From positions 26,260,970-26,324,526 of the forward strand of contig NC_068986.1 of NCBI RefSeq assembly GCF_001194135.2: a stretch of 63,557 nucleotides of DNA. The letters are read 5' to 3'. Under the pieces are notes generated by a model. The model did not search any database and had not been told where the DNA came from. It was given only the letters and a program-made list of their open reading frames with translations. Numbering within the stretch: position 1 is the stretch's first letter; each line of letters starts with the position of its first letter. Below, one piece after another: positions 40,889 to 57,085 of this stretch. This DNA is from Octopus bimaculoides. Its lineage: Eukaryota. Both the position numbers and the translations under genes were made by a program.

Positions 40889-43800
40889 TTATTTACATTT
40901 GTCGGAATTTAAACAAAATGCAATTTACCCTTCGCTGGGAAGAGAAAACTGGAATTTTTCCCCCCTCGATGTTCGTGGTAGACTCTAATCTATTATAAAT
41001 ATTACACAAATCTAATAGATGCATAATATATTCTAATACTTTTCGCCGTTGCAAGACAGGGGACTTAACTCAGGTTTGTAAACTTACGGATTTCATATGA
41101 TGCGTTGTTACTTCCGTATTTCTTATGCAGTCAGTCTAATGGGATTTATCGATTGGTCAGTTCATGCGATCAATGTGTTTCTATGGTTAGAGCATTATTA
41201 TTTTTATAGTAGACTGTTCATTTTCGATAGTCTTTTAATACTGAATATTATACTTCGTTCTCTTTATTTGCAGGTGAACTTCACAATAGACCAGATCCGT
41301 GAGATCATGGACAAAAAGCATAACATCAGAAATATGTCTGTGATAGCTCACGTAGACCATGGTAAATCCACTTTAACGGACTCCTTGGTCAGCAAAGCTG
41401 GTATCATAGCCTCTCAAAAGGCTGGGGAAATGCGCTTCACTGATACTCGAAAGGATGAACAAGAAAGATGTATTACAATTAAGTCAACGTACGTATGTTC
41501 TAAGGTTTTTTATTGTAGCAGCAATTTCGTTGAGCACCTCACTTTATTTTGTCTAAAAAAAATTTTATTTTTGTAATTATAGGGCCATTTCCCTTTATTA
41601 TGAATTGCCCGAGGCTGATCTTGATCATATTCAGCAAGATGTCGAAGCTACGAATAATGCTTTCTTGATCAATTTGATTGATTCACCCGGCCACGTTGAT
41701 TTTTCATCTGAGGTCACCGCTGCTCTTCGTGTAACTGATGGTGCGCTTGTGGTTGTAGACTGTGTTTCTGGTAAGTTTTTCTTTATTATATAAGTTGTGA
41801 CCAATTTTAAAGTATATTGTGTATGTTTCCGCTCCTTTTTCTCTGTATCCAAAATGTTTGTAACGCGTTTCCTTATATGTATACAGGCGTTTGCGTCCAG
41901 ACTGAAACTGTGTTGCGTCAAGCTATTGGTGAAAGAATTAAGCCAGTTCTTTTCATGAACAAGATGGATTTGGCTTTATTGACCCTTAAGCTGGAGAAAG
42001 AGGATCTATACCAGACATTCCAGCGTGTTGTTGAGAGTATCAATGTAATCATTGCTACATATAGTACTCCTGAAGGCCCTATGGGAGATGTCATGGTAAG
42101 TTAATTAGTAATGAAATGTGTATGTTTCAGTCTGCTTTTACTTGTTATTAGGTCTGTGACACTTATTTAATTCTTATTTTAGGTTGACCCTGAGAAAGGA
42201 AATGTTGGTTTTGGTTCTGGATTGCACAGTTGGGCTTTCACTGTGAAAGATTTTGCTCAAATGTATGCTATTAAATTCAAAGTTCCTATCCCTAAACTCA
42301 TGAAGAGATTGTGGGGTGACAATTTCTACAATAGCAAAGAAAAGAAATGGGTCAAGCAAGGAAATCCTGACGCTGTTCGTGGATTCATTCAATTTATCCT
42401 GTCACCTATTTACCAGGTAATTGCAGTCTTAATAGCTTTTTTTATTTTTTTCTACTTAAAGAAATCTATTTTCTAAACTTTGTAGGTTTATGGGCACTAA
42501 GTTGCTGTTTTAAATTTGGAATAGGAATTTTATTATGGATAGAGGGTCAAGAGCAGTCTGCATAGCACCTGTTTGGCTGTTAACTATTTTTACTTTTCAG
42601 CCATAACTTGGTTATTTGTTTGATTTTATGTTCCATGTTCTTCATTTATTTAAAGTGTGTGTATATATATTTTGTAGATCTTCGGAACTTGCATGCATAA
42701 ACCCCATGAAGATGCAGTTGCTTTGGCTGACAAGGTTGGAATCAAGTTAACTTCTGAGGAAAAGGAATTACGGGAAAAACAGCTTCTCAAGGTGAATTTT
42801 TAGTTGCCTCTTTATGCATTCATTTAGCTTTATAGCTGTATATTTCAATGATTGTGTTTTTCTAACATTCATGCTTTGTTTTCATAGGTAATGATGCGCA
42901 AGTGGTTGCCTGCTGGTGATGCCTTGTTACAGATGATAGTCATTCATCTTCCTTCTCCTGTGACTGCTCAGAAATATCGTGTAGAGATGCTCTACGAAGG
43001 ACCCATGGATGATGCTGCTGCAACTGGTAATTATAGTTGCTTTTATAATTTTTCTTAGTCCTTTCATTCCTGATGAATGCAGTTATTTAGTCTGGTGGGA
43101 ACTTTCTCATTATTTGGGAGTACATTAATTCTCTATAAATGTTGTACTGGTGCTGCCTCTTTATTGTCAGTGTGCCTGTCATAGTTTAATTTCTCCTGTT
43201 GTATTAACTACCTTATCTATATTTTTCACTGGTTGTAGCTATTTGATTGTATTCATGTAAAATGAGGAGCTGACATTTGTTCCTCATCTGCTAATATACT
43301 AATTTGGGACAGGGAACAAAATGCTTAGTTCAATATCTCCAAGCAATGTTTGAAAAAATGTGTGGATCAGGTGTTGAGCCCAATTGTTTGGTAATGTGGT
43401 TGGGGTCCTGCACTGAGAGCTCATTTCATTCTTTAATCAGTTTTTCATGTTTCTCCAGTGAAAACGTATAGGCTTAATGTCAACATCATGCTTATGCCCA
43501 AGATGTTTGTTTATAATCTGAGGTTGGGTTAAGGAATCTCACTTTGAAATTGGATGTGCAGATATTCCCAGGAAAGAAGCTTGGTCATGTTTGTGCATAG
43601 TATATTCTGACACTGCCTTAAAGAGGTGCAGTCTAGTGTGGGTGTATAGAAGAAAACCTAAAATATGAATGTCATGGTGATGTGTGGGAAAGAAAAATGG
43701 CAGTTGTAAGACATTAAAAGAAATTTTCTAACTTTTCAACCAAAATAGTTGTTGCAAATAAGTTTTAGTTCTGGTTCCTTAAAGGAATTGGTAACTGTTG

Positions 43801-46800
43801 AATATTTGCAGTATAAACTAAATTTTAAATGTTTGTATTTGCAGCTGTTAAGACCTGTGACGCTAAGGGTGTACTGATGATGTACATCTCAAAGATGGTA
43901 CCCACATCCGATAAAGGTCGTTTCTATGCCTTTGGACGTGTGTTCTCAGGAACTGTTGCAACTGGTCAGAAAGTGCGTATCATGGGTGCTAACTATACTG
44001 CTGGCAAAAAAGAGCACTTGTCCGAAAAGAGCATTCAAAGGTTGGTTTGATAATTTAACATTCTATTAGTGTAATTTGTGGAACAGTTTGCAATTCCTAT
44101 ACCTTGTCTTTAGAACTATTAGCATTGTTAGCATTGCCATAATAAAATATAAAGAAAATTCTCTTTGAGGATTAAAATTTTTTTTTTGTAGCTATGGTAA
44201 ATACTGGCCAATGCTAGTATTTCTAAAGATAGGGTATAGAATTGTGTGATTATGGTCACTTTGCAATCATTTGGTATTGGGTTCCGTCCCACTCTGTGGC
44301 ACCTTGACAATGTCTTGTATCCCTTGGCCAACCAAAGCCTTGTGGATGAATTAAGTAGATGGAAGCTTGTCATATTCCCTCCACTATTGCTTGATAACTA
44401 ATGTTTGTTTTTTATGGCACTGCCTCAGCATGGCCACAGTCTAATGGCTGAAATGGGCAAAGATTCTGTCACTTGGCAGGAAAGACTGATTTAGTGCCAG
44501 ATGTAAGGAAAAAAGCACTGAGATTGATTTCTTTAGAGTGGTACCCAAACATGGCCACAGTCCAATGATTTAAATGAGCATTAAAGATATACTAGTGAAG
44601 AATAAGGTTTGTGCTTCCCAGTTAGACATTCACCTATATGGTCAGAGTAGTAGCTAGCTTGTGTTATGAAGTGAGATTACAATTAGTGATTATGGATTTT
44701 TATTTCAGAACTATGCTCATGATGGGAAGATACGTTGAACCCATTGAAGATGTTCCTTGTGGTAACATTTGTGGTTTGGTTGGTGTCGATCAGTATATTG
44801 TGAAAACTGGTACGATCACTACATTTAAAGATGCTCATAATATGAAGGTAAGTGCTGTTAGCTTCCTTTGTGTTGGTGGGGGTGCCCCCAGCCTCTTCGT
44901 CCCCTTCAAGTTAACACTTGTTTTTGTTTCCATATTTCTGTTGAGGCATTTTTATGTGCTGGGTTTGAAAATGAATGAATTACATGAAATAACTTGGGCT
45001 GGTGTTGAAAACAAATTTTAAAAATATTTTAATAGATGGTCTTTAGATTCCTTTGAAACAAGTTTCTGATGGTTTTAGATGGATTTGGTATGAAAGATTT
45101 AAATTGCTCAAAGCTTTGAGGTTACTGTAGAAATATGTTGATTTAAGATATAATCTACCTACTGAACTAAACAGCTATTTGTCTTGGTCAGTGTTATCTT
45201 TTTCTTGCACTATTTTATCAATGGCTGAGGGTAATTATCCTATTTTATTTTTTATTTTTTTTAAGGTTATGAAGTTCTCAGTAAGTCCTGTTGTACGTGT
45301 TGCTGTTGAAGCTAAGAATGCTTCTGATTTGCCAAAACTTGTTGAAGGCCTGAGGCGTCTGGCTAAATCAGATCCTATGGTTCAGGTAATTTTTTTTCTC
45401 TTTGTTTCCATATTAATGAATTTGGTTTAGTGATGGAGCAGTAATAGTTTATTTGTACAAGCGGTAACATTGACTGGTTGGTTTTCTTTTCCAGTGTACA
45501 ATTGAAGAATCTGGAGAGCACATTGTAGCAGGTGCAGGAGAGCTTCATCTTGAGATCTGCTTGAAGGATTTAGAAGAGGACCATGCTCAAATCCCCATTA
45601 AGGTGTCAACTCCTGTGGTATCATACAGGGAGTCTGTGAGGGAAGAATCTTCTATGGTGTGCCTGTCTAAATCTCCAAATAAACATAATCGTCTCTTCAT
45701 GAAGGCTAGGCCATTACCATGTGGCGTTGCCGAGGCCATTGATAAGGTATGTTATTTAAAGGTATTACGCTATTTTGATTCTTGGGATTGGTCTTATGTA
45801 CATGACTAAGGTCCTCTTTATTTATTACACAGGGAGATATTACACCCAGGCAGGATGTCAAAGAACGTGCTCGGTTCTTGAATGATAACTTTGAATTTGA
45901 TGTTGGAGAAGCCCGTAAGATCTGGGCTTTTGGACCTGAGGGTACAGGACCTAATCTTTTGGTTGATGTTACTAAAGGTGTACAATATCTGAGTGAAATC
46001 AAGGACAGTGTTGTTGCTGGTTACCAATGGGCTACTAAAGAGGTAATTACATGTTTTCTCTAGTTTTGTTTTTGTATTTTTTTAACACTATGAATGTTAC
46101 TGATTCTCAATTTCTAATTTATTTACAGAGTGTGTTGTGTGAAGAAAATATGCGTGGTGTTCGCTTTGACATCCATGATGTGTCCCTACACACTGATGCT
46201 ATTCATCGTGGAGGCGGTCAAATCATTCCTACAGCTAGAAAATGTTTTTATGCCTGTGTGCTGACTGCTCAACCTACTATGTTGGAGCCTGTATATTTGG
46301 TTGAAATCAGTGTAAGTGTATTAAACTTTAATTTTTAAAAAGATTTTATTACCTTGCCATTTGTATCAAGATAGAAGTTTAAGTATATGGAGAGCCTTAG
46401 CTACGATAGGAAATAATGTATAAACCAAACCGGTTTTCAAGTTTAGGAGAAATAGGACGTATAAAAAGCAGTTGGAATCAAGCTGTTGCCATAGATAACT
46501 TAATTTGCATGTATTTTAGTCAATTCACCATTAACATTTTATGTGCCAACAGTGTTGGAAATAAATGTTACTGCTACAAAAGGTCAAGTGGGAGAGGGGG
46601 TGTTTAATATCTTGCTTTAAATACTTTCAGCTTAATCATAACTTGGCTTTCAGTGACAGCTCAAGACTATTTCAGATNNNNNNNNNNAGATGTAGTTGAT
46701 AAATTTACTGCACAAAATTATCTAAACTTTATGCTTGGGGGGGGGGGGCCTTCTCTGTTGCAGACATCCTCCAGTACCTAATTCTTTCTAAATCTGCTTT

Positions 46801-47376
46801 TTGATTTTCTTTCAAATATGAGATGATACAACAACTTTCTAGTTTGTCTTCTCTGTATCATAGTGGTGAGGTACATAAAACATGTTGCTTGCTACTCTTA
46901 ATTCCTTTCAGAAATTATCTCTGAGGGCTATTTTACCTTAATGGATTTAATTCTGTTTATAGTGTCCTCAACAATCTACAAGTGGAATTTATGGAGTCAT
47001 GAATAGACGTCGTGGTCAAGTACTTGAAGCTAATCAAGTTCCAGGAACTCCTATGTTTGCTGTCAGAGCTTACTTGCCTGTCAATGAATCATTTGGTAAG
47101 TAACAGTTTGTTAGTTCTCGGAGGTTGGTTTCTCTCTATCTCTCTCCTTAGTGTTGCTTTATTGAAATACTTATTTTTTCTTTTTATTTTTCTATTCTAG
47201 GCTTCACAGCTGACTTGCGTTCTAACACTGGGGGACAGGCTTTCCCTCAATGTGTGTTTGATCATTGGCAAGAACTTCCGGACACTAGAACTGAAACTGT
47301 TATTGGTGAAATCAGGAAGCGCAAAGGACTGTCAGATACCATTCCTCCTTTGGAAAAATTCCTTGACAAATTATAA
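39570..47376 (+). CDS. EEF2: Eukaryotic translation elongation factor 2, 15 coding exons, 836 aa
   Basis: Manually spliced: join(39570-39572,41274-41488,41583-41770,41887-42095,42183-42416,42678-42791,42888-43026,43845-44040,44709-44847,45266-45385,45495-45746,45833-46042,46129-46311,46963-47095,47201-47376) = 2511 nt. All introns are GT-AG with consistent phases and there is no internal stop. Motifs: [21 protein letters not shown] (G1), RFTDTR (eEF2K Thr56-equivalent), DSPGHVDFS (G3), NKMD (G4), DAIHRGGGQ (diphthamide His, CAT 46204-46206), C-terminal FLDKL*. Exon 1 is assigned from promoter features; a weaker alternative ATG|GT lies at 40740. Confidence 0.97.
40842..40887 (+). repeat. 46-nt poly(T) tract in eEF2 intron 1
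   Basis: Uninterrupted T run. Confidence 0.9.
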
Positions 47377-47694
47377 CTTGATTAGTGATTTAGCTCCTGT
47401 AATGAAGCACTAACAACAAAGCTCTTTGACCTCTGTGAATATTTTTGGGGGTGGATCCAATCCAAAAGCTTATGTACTAGCCTGTGACAAATTAAAAAAA
47501 AAAAAACCTTTCTTCAACAACTTTTTTTTTTATTATTTATTTATGGTTATATTTACCTTAAGTGTGATACCAGGACTGAAAATCAAATTTATATTTAATT
47601 TATAAGGACTGAGCACACATAAAAATACCTTTCCTTTTAAACACATTGTTTTTGTGGGAGATATGCATGGAGCAGTAATGTTCAGGCACATTTC

Positions 47695-47700
47695 AATAAA
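47695..47700 (+). terminator. Candidate eEF2 polyadenylation signal
   Basis: AATAAA about 320 nt after the stop codon, followed by GT/T-rich sequence. An ATTAAA at 47491-47496 is an alternative. Confidence 0.5.
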
Positions 47701-47777
47701 TGTCCAAACAGGTTTGCTTATCAGTTCTGGTATACCACTGTTGGTGCAGTCAGTAGTTTTAAGTAAATTGTACCAGT

Positions 47778-47783
47778 TTTATT
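47778..47783 (-). terminator. Candidate MAPK polyadenylation signal
   Basis: Minus-strand AATAAA about 105 nt after the stop codon. Further minus-strand AATAAA at 47529-47534 and 47536-47541. Confidence 0.4.
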
Positions 47784-47889
47784 GAAAACATGTTCAATGT
47801 TATTTAGTGTACCAGAGGTTCTGGTTCAGTGATTTGATAAAAATGATCACTAAAATACTGTTATGTTCAATATAGCTTTTTCTGATGAG

Positions 47890-51639
<3,750 letters not shown>

Positions 51640-53938
51640 TTACATTTTTTTTACAAATTTATGACCGATTTAAAAAAAATTTTTCTAAAAGAAAAAAAAA
51701 AAAACGAAAGGCTAAAAACAAAGCAAGATAACAACTAGAACAAAATTTCAAATGCAAAATTTTTATTCATCAAGTATAGCATAATAGAAAGAAAAAAATC
51801 TGGCCATCTTTTCAAGATCAATGCTATCTGTTGATAATTTAAAACTAGAAAAATTAGTTTTGAAGTGTATGCTTTTACCAAAGCTATTATAATCCATTAG
51901 ATGTAAATGTTAGTGTTAAGCAAGAGAGATGATTGCACTGCTATGAAGCATATGAATGTAAATACATGAAGAAAAGAATGCATTGACTGTCAGTGAGACA
52001 TTTCAGGCTGTTAGAAGTCACAATAAAGACTGAAGTTCAAGCAACTGTTGTTATGCTATTGAGTTTAACATTGCCAGCCATTCTTCCAGAATCAATAAAA
52101 TAAAAAAACTAGCCAAGTCTGAGGTCAATTTTGATTTACTAACCCAAATTTCTGACCGGTGTAAGAAACATTACTGAAGATTTTTCTATATTTAAATTTA
52201 GCTACATATAATTGAGACTTTGATAAGATGCCAGGTAACCAGTGAAGGGGTTGGATCATAGTTTGTCATCAGATCACTATATATCTAGATACTTAACTCA
52301 CAATGATCAAGATTTTTAATTAAGTACAACATTTAGTTTTATATAAAAGTAAGCTGTGCCAGCATTATCAAATTGATAAGGCTTTGGTTAGTACATAGGG
52401 CTGAGTTTTACTTTGCTTATCATGGAAAAAGTGTACTTCTTCAAAGGAGACACAGGTACAAAAGCTAACAGCAGAATAAGTTGATCAGGTACACGGCAGC
52501 TGGCAAAGGGCCAATGTTTGTACTTTATCACGGCACTGGCCAAGCAAGAGCACTGTATAGCTTATTTCTTTCAAATAAGGTTGTACACGAGGGTTATAGT
52601 TCACTGAATCAGTCTCTAACCCAGAAGAATGAAAGGGAAAAATCATTGACAGCAGAATTTAAACTTGAAATATTAATGATGAAACTAACCACTGCAAGAC
52701 ATTTACTGTTACTACTATTTTTGTTGTCCACTCTGGAAGAATTGTATAATCATTTTGTGGGACTGCAGTATATTGTGTTCAAATTCTCATATGGGCCTGG
52801 AGAAGGTGAAGGGATATCACTCAAGTGAGTTTCTCTTTAAATGATCATGGAATCAACAAACCACCAGGTATGTATTCAAATGAAATGGTTAGCTAATCCT
52901 TTATGTAACATAGTCTCCCTTCTCAACACTCCTATTATGAATCATCTCCTATATCACTCAATACTCGATCTTATCTCACCAGAGTTGCAACCTGCTGTAA
53001 TTCACAGCCAGCCTACATTTTTCCTGTAGACATTAATGCCTTAATATTAACTGCAGTAATCTCTCCAGTCTGGAAAAGCCTACAAAAGTCAAGGAAGAGG
53101 TGCCTCCTCCTCCTCTGATCCTAGTTTGTTTTTTTTTTGCTTGTTTCAATCATTAGACTGCAACCATGATGGGGCATTGTCTTACAGGGCTTAGTCAATC
53201 AAATCGACCCCATACTTATTTGAAGTCTAGTACTGTTTGTCTTTTAGCTCAACTGCTACATTATGGGTCTTAAGCAAGCTACTACCAGTTACGTAATGAG
53301 AGACAAAGATACACACATGCACACATGTATATATTTAATAACAGTTTGGCTCAGTTTCAACATGACAAAGTCTCACATCATATGTTTGGAGGCAGAGCCC
53401 ATGACATCATGTGAAACTGAGTCAAACTGTTAGGTGTAACTCCAACTAAATGCTATTTTCTTTCATTTGCTTACACACACACATACATGGCATGCTTCCA
53501 GATAGTTCGTCTTCCAAATTCACTCACAAGGTATTCATCGGCTAAGAGGTGTAGTAGAAGACATTTGCCCAAGATTCTGTGTAGTGGAACCAAAGCCAGA
53601 TACACGATTTCTAAGCAAATTTCTTAACCCTACAGTCATGCCTGCACCTATATCATATCAATATCTTATTTCTAAAACATATATAAAGCAAAATTTGGAG
53701 ACAAAATACCTAGCTGAAATTAATATTTTTAATTTACTAATCAACTTGTTAGTCATTCTAATTATACTGTCCCACAAATTCTTTAGGAGGTTTGATAAAA
53801 GAGAATAAATGACATCCATATGAAAAACAATAGTTACGTGAGCAATGACATTTAATGCAATTAGCAACGAAATGCAAACGAGAAATAATTATGCGGTATT
53901 AGTGTCAATGACGAACGTACTTTTCATTATTGTGCAAC

Positions 53939-54170
53939 TACGGGAGACAACTCTGGATATGAAGTAGTGATGACAGAATCATGAAGTAGATTCACAAAGT
54001 GATATCTCAATTGGCATAGTAAAACTAACATACTTCAGAGGAAACGTTGTAAAACATATAAAATAATATACTAAGTGATTTTCTCATTACAGTTTCAGAA
54101 AATATGAAACTGTAATGAGAAAATATGCTTTACTTATAAGGATGAGATATATCCAGAGTTGTTTCTTGTA
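53939..54170. mobile_element. TA-flanked MITE with internal perfect hairpin
   Basis: TIRs TACGGGAGACAACTCTGGATAT / TACAAGAAACAACTCTGGATAT. Internal 20-bp perfect inverted repeat at 54078-54124. Confidence 0.7.
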
Positions 54171-55576
54171 CTTGGTGGAACAATTAAAATATTAGCCATC
54201 AGCTAATATTGCATATTGGCACTCACTTCATTGTTAATAGTAATTTAAATTTCAGAAAATCTGTGTTGCACCAGGTTTTCTTTTTTTTTTTTTTTTNNNN
54301 NNNNNNTTTTTTTTTTTTTTTTTTTTTGTCATTACCATCATAAAGAGTGTAATTTCAGTTAATCAGAATTTCTTAGCTCACTATATTATGTTAGTGAGCA
54401 CTTTACTATTAGTTTCTCATGCAGAAGGCATCCCTTATCATTCATTCATGGGGGAAACATATATCTCTTCCAGTCATTTTGAGAGCTGCAGTAATTGCTA
54501 AGACTATGTTTCACCAATGAAGTTTAATACGACTAAAACATATCTAGAATTGCCACCACATGATTAAGAATCAGTCTCACTCACCAATACAGTTTGTATA
54601 TAATTTTAAACAAGTTAAATAATGGACTGCCTCCCCTACATTTCTTGACCAGAATTAATCACTTAATCACGATATTTCTTGGTAACCAAGAGTGCAATTT
54701 TAATTACACAAAATTTCTTACATTAGCACCCACTTCATTATGATATAACAACTATGCCAATGAAATGCAACAACACTACAAACACAAAAATATACTACTA
54801 TTTATTACTTTCTGAATATGTAACTTTATAAGCAACTCTTTCATTTATTTAAAAATTAATAAAAGAAAATGTAAGATTAACATTGTGAACATTTCAACAA
54901 AGAAAATTACAAATTTATTACATAAATACATAAAATACACCTAATACAATCTGTGAAGTGATTGGTAACAGGAATGTCATCTAGCTTAGAAACCAAACCA
55001 AAATAAACATACAAACAAGCATGACCCCCTGATCAGTCTGGAAGAGGAATAACTCCAAATAACAGCTAGCTCAAACTGTGATGAACCTTGCAACTAATAC
55101 CAGCATGGAAAGTGAATGTATGATGATCATGACACAGACAAGGGCACAACCAAGTGGCTAAGTAGTTCACTTGGGAATTATGTAATAACAGGTTCTATCC
55201 TACTGCATGGTACCTTGGGTGTCTTCTACTTGTAGCTTCTGACTGACTAATAACTTAAGGGGAATTTGGTGGATGAAAACTGAGTAGAAGCCCTCAGTGT
55301 GTGTTTGTGTTTAAACCTAGAACTGACTCTGCATCTATGTTGTATCTTTTTATTCCTATCACCTAGCAGTTCAACAAGGATTGATAAAATAAGTACCTGA
55401 CTGAAATATATACAAGTATCAAAGTGATCAATTAAACCCTTGAAGTTGGTTCCCTAGATCCATTGAAATCCAATAACCAAGTCCATTAAAAAATATACAA
55501 CTGGTATCTAAAAGGATACAATAATTGAAGCACATCCAGTGGAACTAATTCTTTTTTATTTTATTTTATTTTTATT

Positions 55577-55751
55577 TTTTTTGGAATATCTCAAAGCACA
55601 CACAGAAAGCATGTAGATATTGGGTTGAAAAAACCCTTTTAGATAAAAAAGAATTGACAGCAGCCTTTTTTCTATCCAAGAGTTTTTCAACCCAATATTT
55701 ACATTCTATTATTTATGGCTTTCTGTGTGTCCTTTGAGATATTCCAAAAAA
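55577..55751. repeat. Foldback element / palindromic MITE
   Basis: TTTTTTGGAATATCTCAAAGCACACACAGAAAGC..TATTGGGTTGAAAAA is mirrored at 55682-55751. The left arm lacks about 14 nt present in the right arm. Confidence 0.85.
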
Positions 55752-55887
55752 GAATTCAGGTTTTTGAATGTTTATAAAATTCTCATTGAAGTTAACAACA
55801 TAGTTTTGAGTTTAAACCTGATTCCACACGTAGAATAAAATTTTTATTTAGCAACATATTTTTACAGGAAAGAAAAAAAACTAAAAG

Positions 55888-56119
55888 TATTGGGTTGCCC
55901 GGAAAGTCCGTGCCGATTTTTAAAGGAAAGAAATAGGTCAATAAATACTTGCCGTTACATTTTTAATCAACCAAATATGAACCATTTTGTTGCACAATGC
56001 GTCTCCACCTTTCCTTTAACTTGAAAATACCCTCTTCCCGGAATTGAGGTGGTTTCATGGCAAATAAGTCGAAAAGTAAGCTACTATAAATCGGCATGAA
56101 CTTTCCGGACAACTCAATA
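55888..56119 (-). mobile_element. Mariner-derived MITE (internal deletion derivative)
   Basis: 32-bp TIRs TATTGGGTTGCCCGGAAAGTCCGTGCCGATTT / TATTGAGTTGTCCGGAAAGTTCATGCCGATTT with TA ends. Retains the transposase C-terminus EEGIFKLKERWRRIVQQNGSYLVD*. Confidence 0.9.
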
Positions 56120-57016
56120 TAAAAGATTAGAAAAAAAAAAGAAAAAGAAGGGATTAAGCAACAAAAAATGGGGGAGAGGGAGAAACAGGTTGTACACTCC
56201 AGTCTGAATGGTGTGTTCAGCTGTGCCCTGCAGAAATAATTACAAAGGCATTGCCACAGAGAATGGTTGAGAACACTTGCTGCAACAGCCACCCCATTTT
56301 GCAAGGCTCTGTGCCTTTCACATTTAGGTGAGGTGTTTATTAGCAAAAGAAACCAGCTTTAAAAAGAATTATTCCAATTATGTAAATCTCTAAATTTACA
56401 ATAAATACCCTTCACTCATGATGGCATGGTAAAGTGATAATAAACCAGTGAAATGATACATAAGATAAGACACTACATGTGAAATATTTTTATGTTATTT
56501 ACTCATGTCTTATTTGAAAGAAAATACAATCAGTATTTTTGTTCTACTTAGCGTTTAACTAATCAATTGTTTGATTAAGCGTTCAGTCACCCAATCAATC
56601 AGCTAGGCTTGTCAAAGTCCCTTCACCACCATTTGTGACCTCATCAATGACATGCCTTCTTTACTCTACTTAACCAACTGACTAATGATAATAGAAATGA
56701 AATCGAACCAGTGCATAGGTCACTTACAGGCATAATGAGCCTCCCAAGATACAACGAAAAATGTTTCAGCACACAAACTCACATCAAGAATCTTGCAAAC
56801 CAAATACAAAAACTTAATTATGAATATTGTTTCAATAATAATAATTATAATGGCACAAACCCAGCAATTTTGGGGGAGGGGTAAGTTGATTATATTGACC
56901 CCAGTGCACAACTGGTACTTACTTTATCAAACACTCCACCCCCAGAAGAATGAAAGGCAAAGTTGACTTTCTTGAACTCAAAACATAAAAACAGAACACT
57001 GTGCCAGCTTGCTGCC

Positions 57017-57017
<1 letters not shown>

Positions 57018-57069
<52 letters not shown>

Positions 57070-57085
57070 CAATAATAATAATACA
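57018..57085. repeat. (AAT)n microsatellite
   Basis: About 20 near-perfect AAT units. Confidence 0.95.

Noticed and set aside
41097-41273. 59-aa N-terminal extension of eEF2 in the ORF track
   Set aside because: Intronic read-through upstream of a clear TTTGCAG acceptor; eEF2 begins M-VNFT.
42888-42893. TAG|GTAATG looks like a recursive splice site
   Set aside because: GTA ATG encodes Val-Met at a conserved eEF2 position in a short intron; no need for recursive splicing.
43539-43547. Possible intronic C/D snoRNA (vertebrate EEF2 hosts SNORD37); TCACTTTGA resembles part of its 28S guide
   Set aside because: Only a 9-nt match with no adjacent D/D' box or properly spaced C box. No convincing C/D or H/ACA layout was found by eye in any eEF2 intron; an Infernal/snoscan run is needed to exclude one.
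46670-46700. Possible missing eEF2 exon in the N gap
   Set aside because: Exons 13 and 14 join in frame (VEIS|CPQQ) with no missing conserved residues.
53939-56119. Two MITEs both exactly 232 bp long
   Set aside because: Different TIRs and interiors; treated as coincidence.
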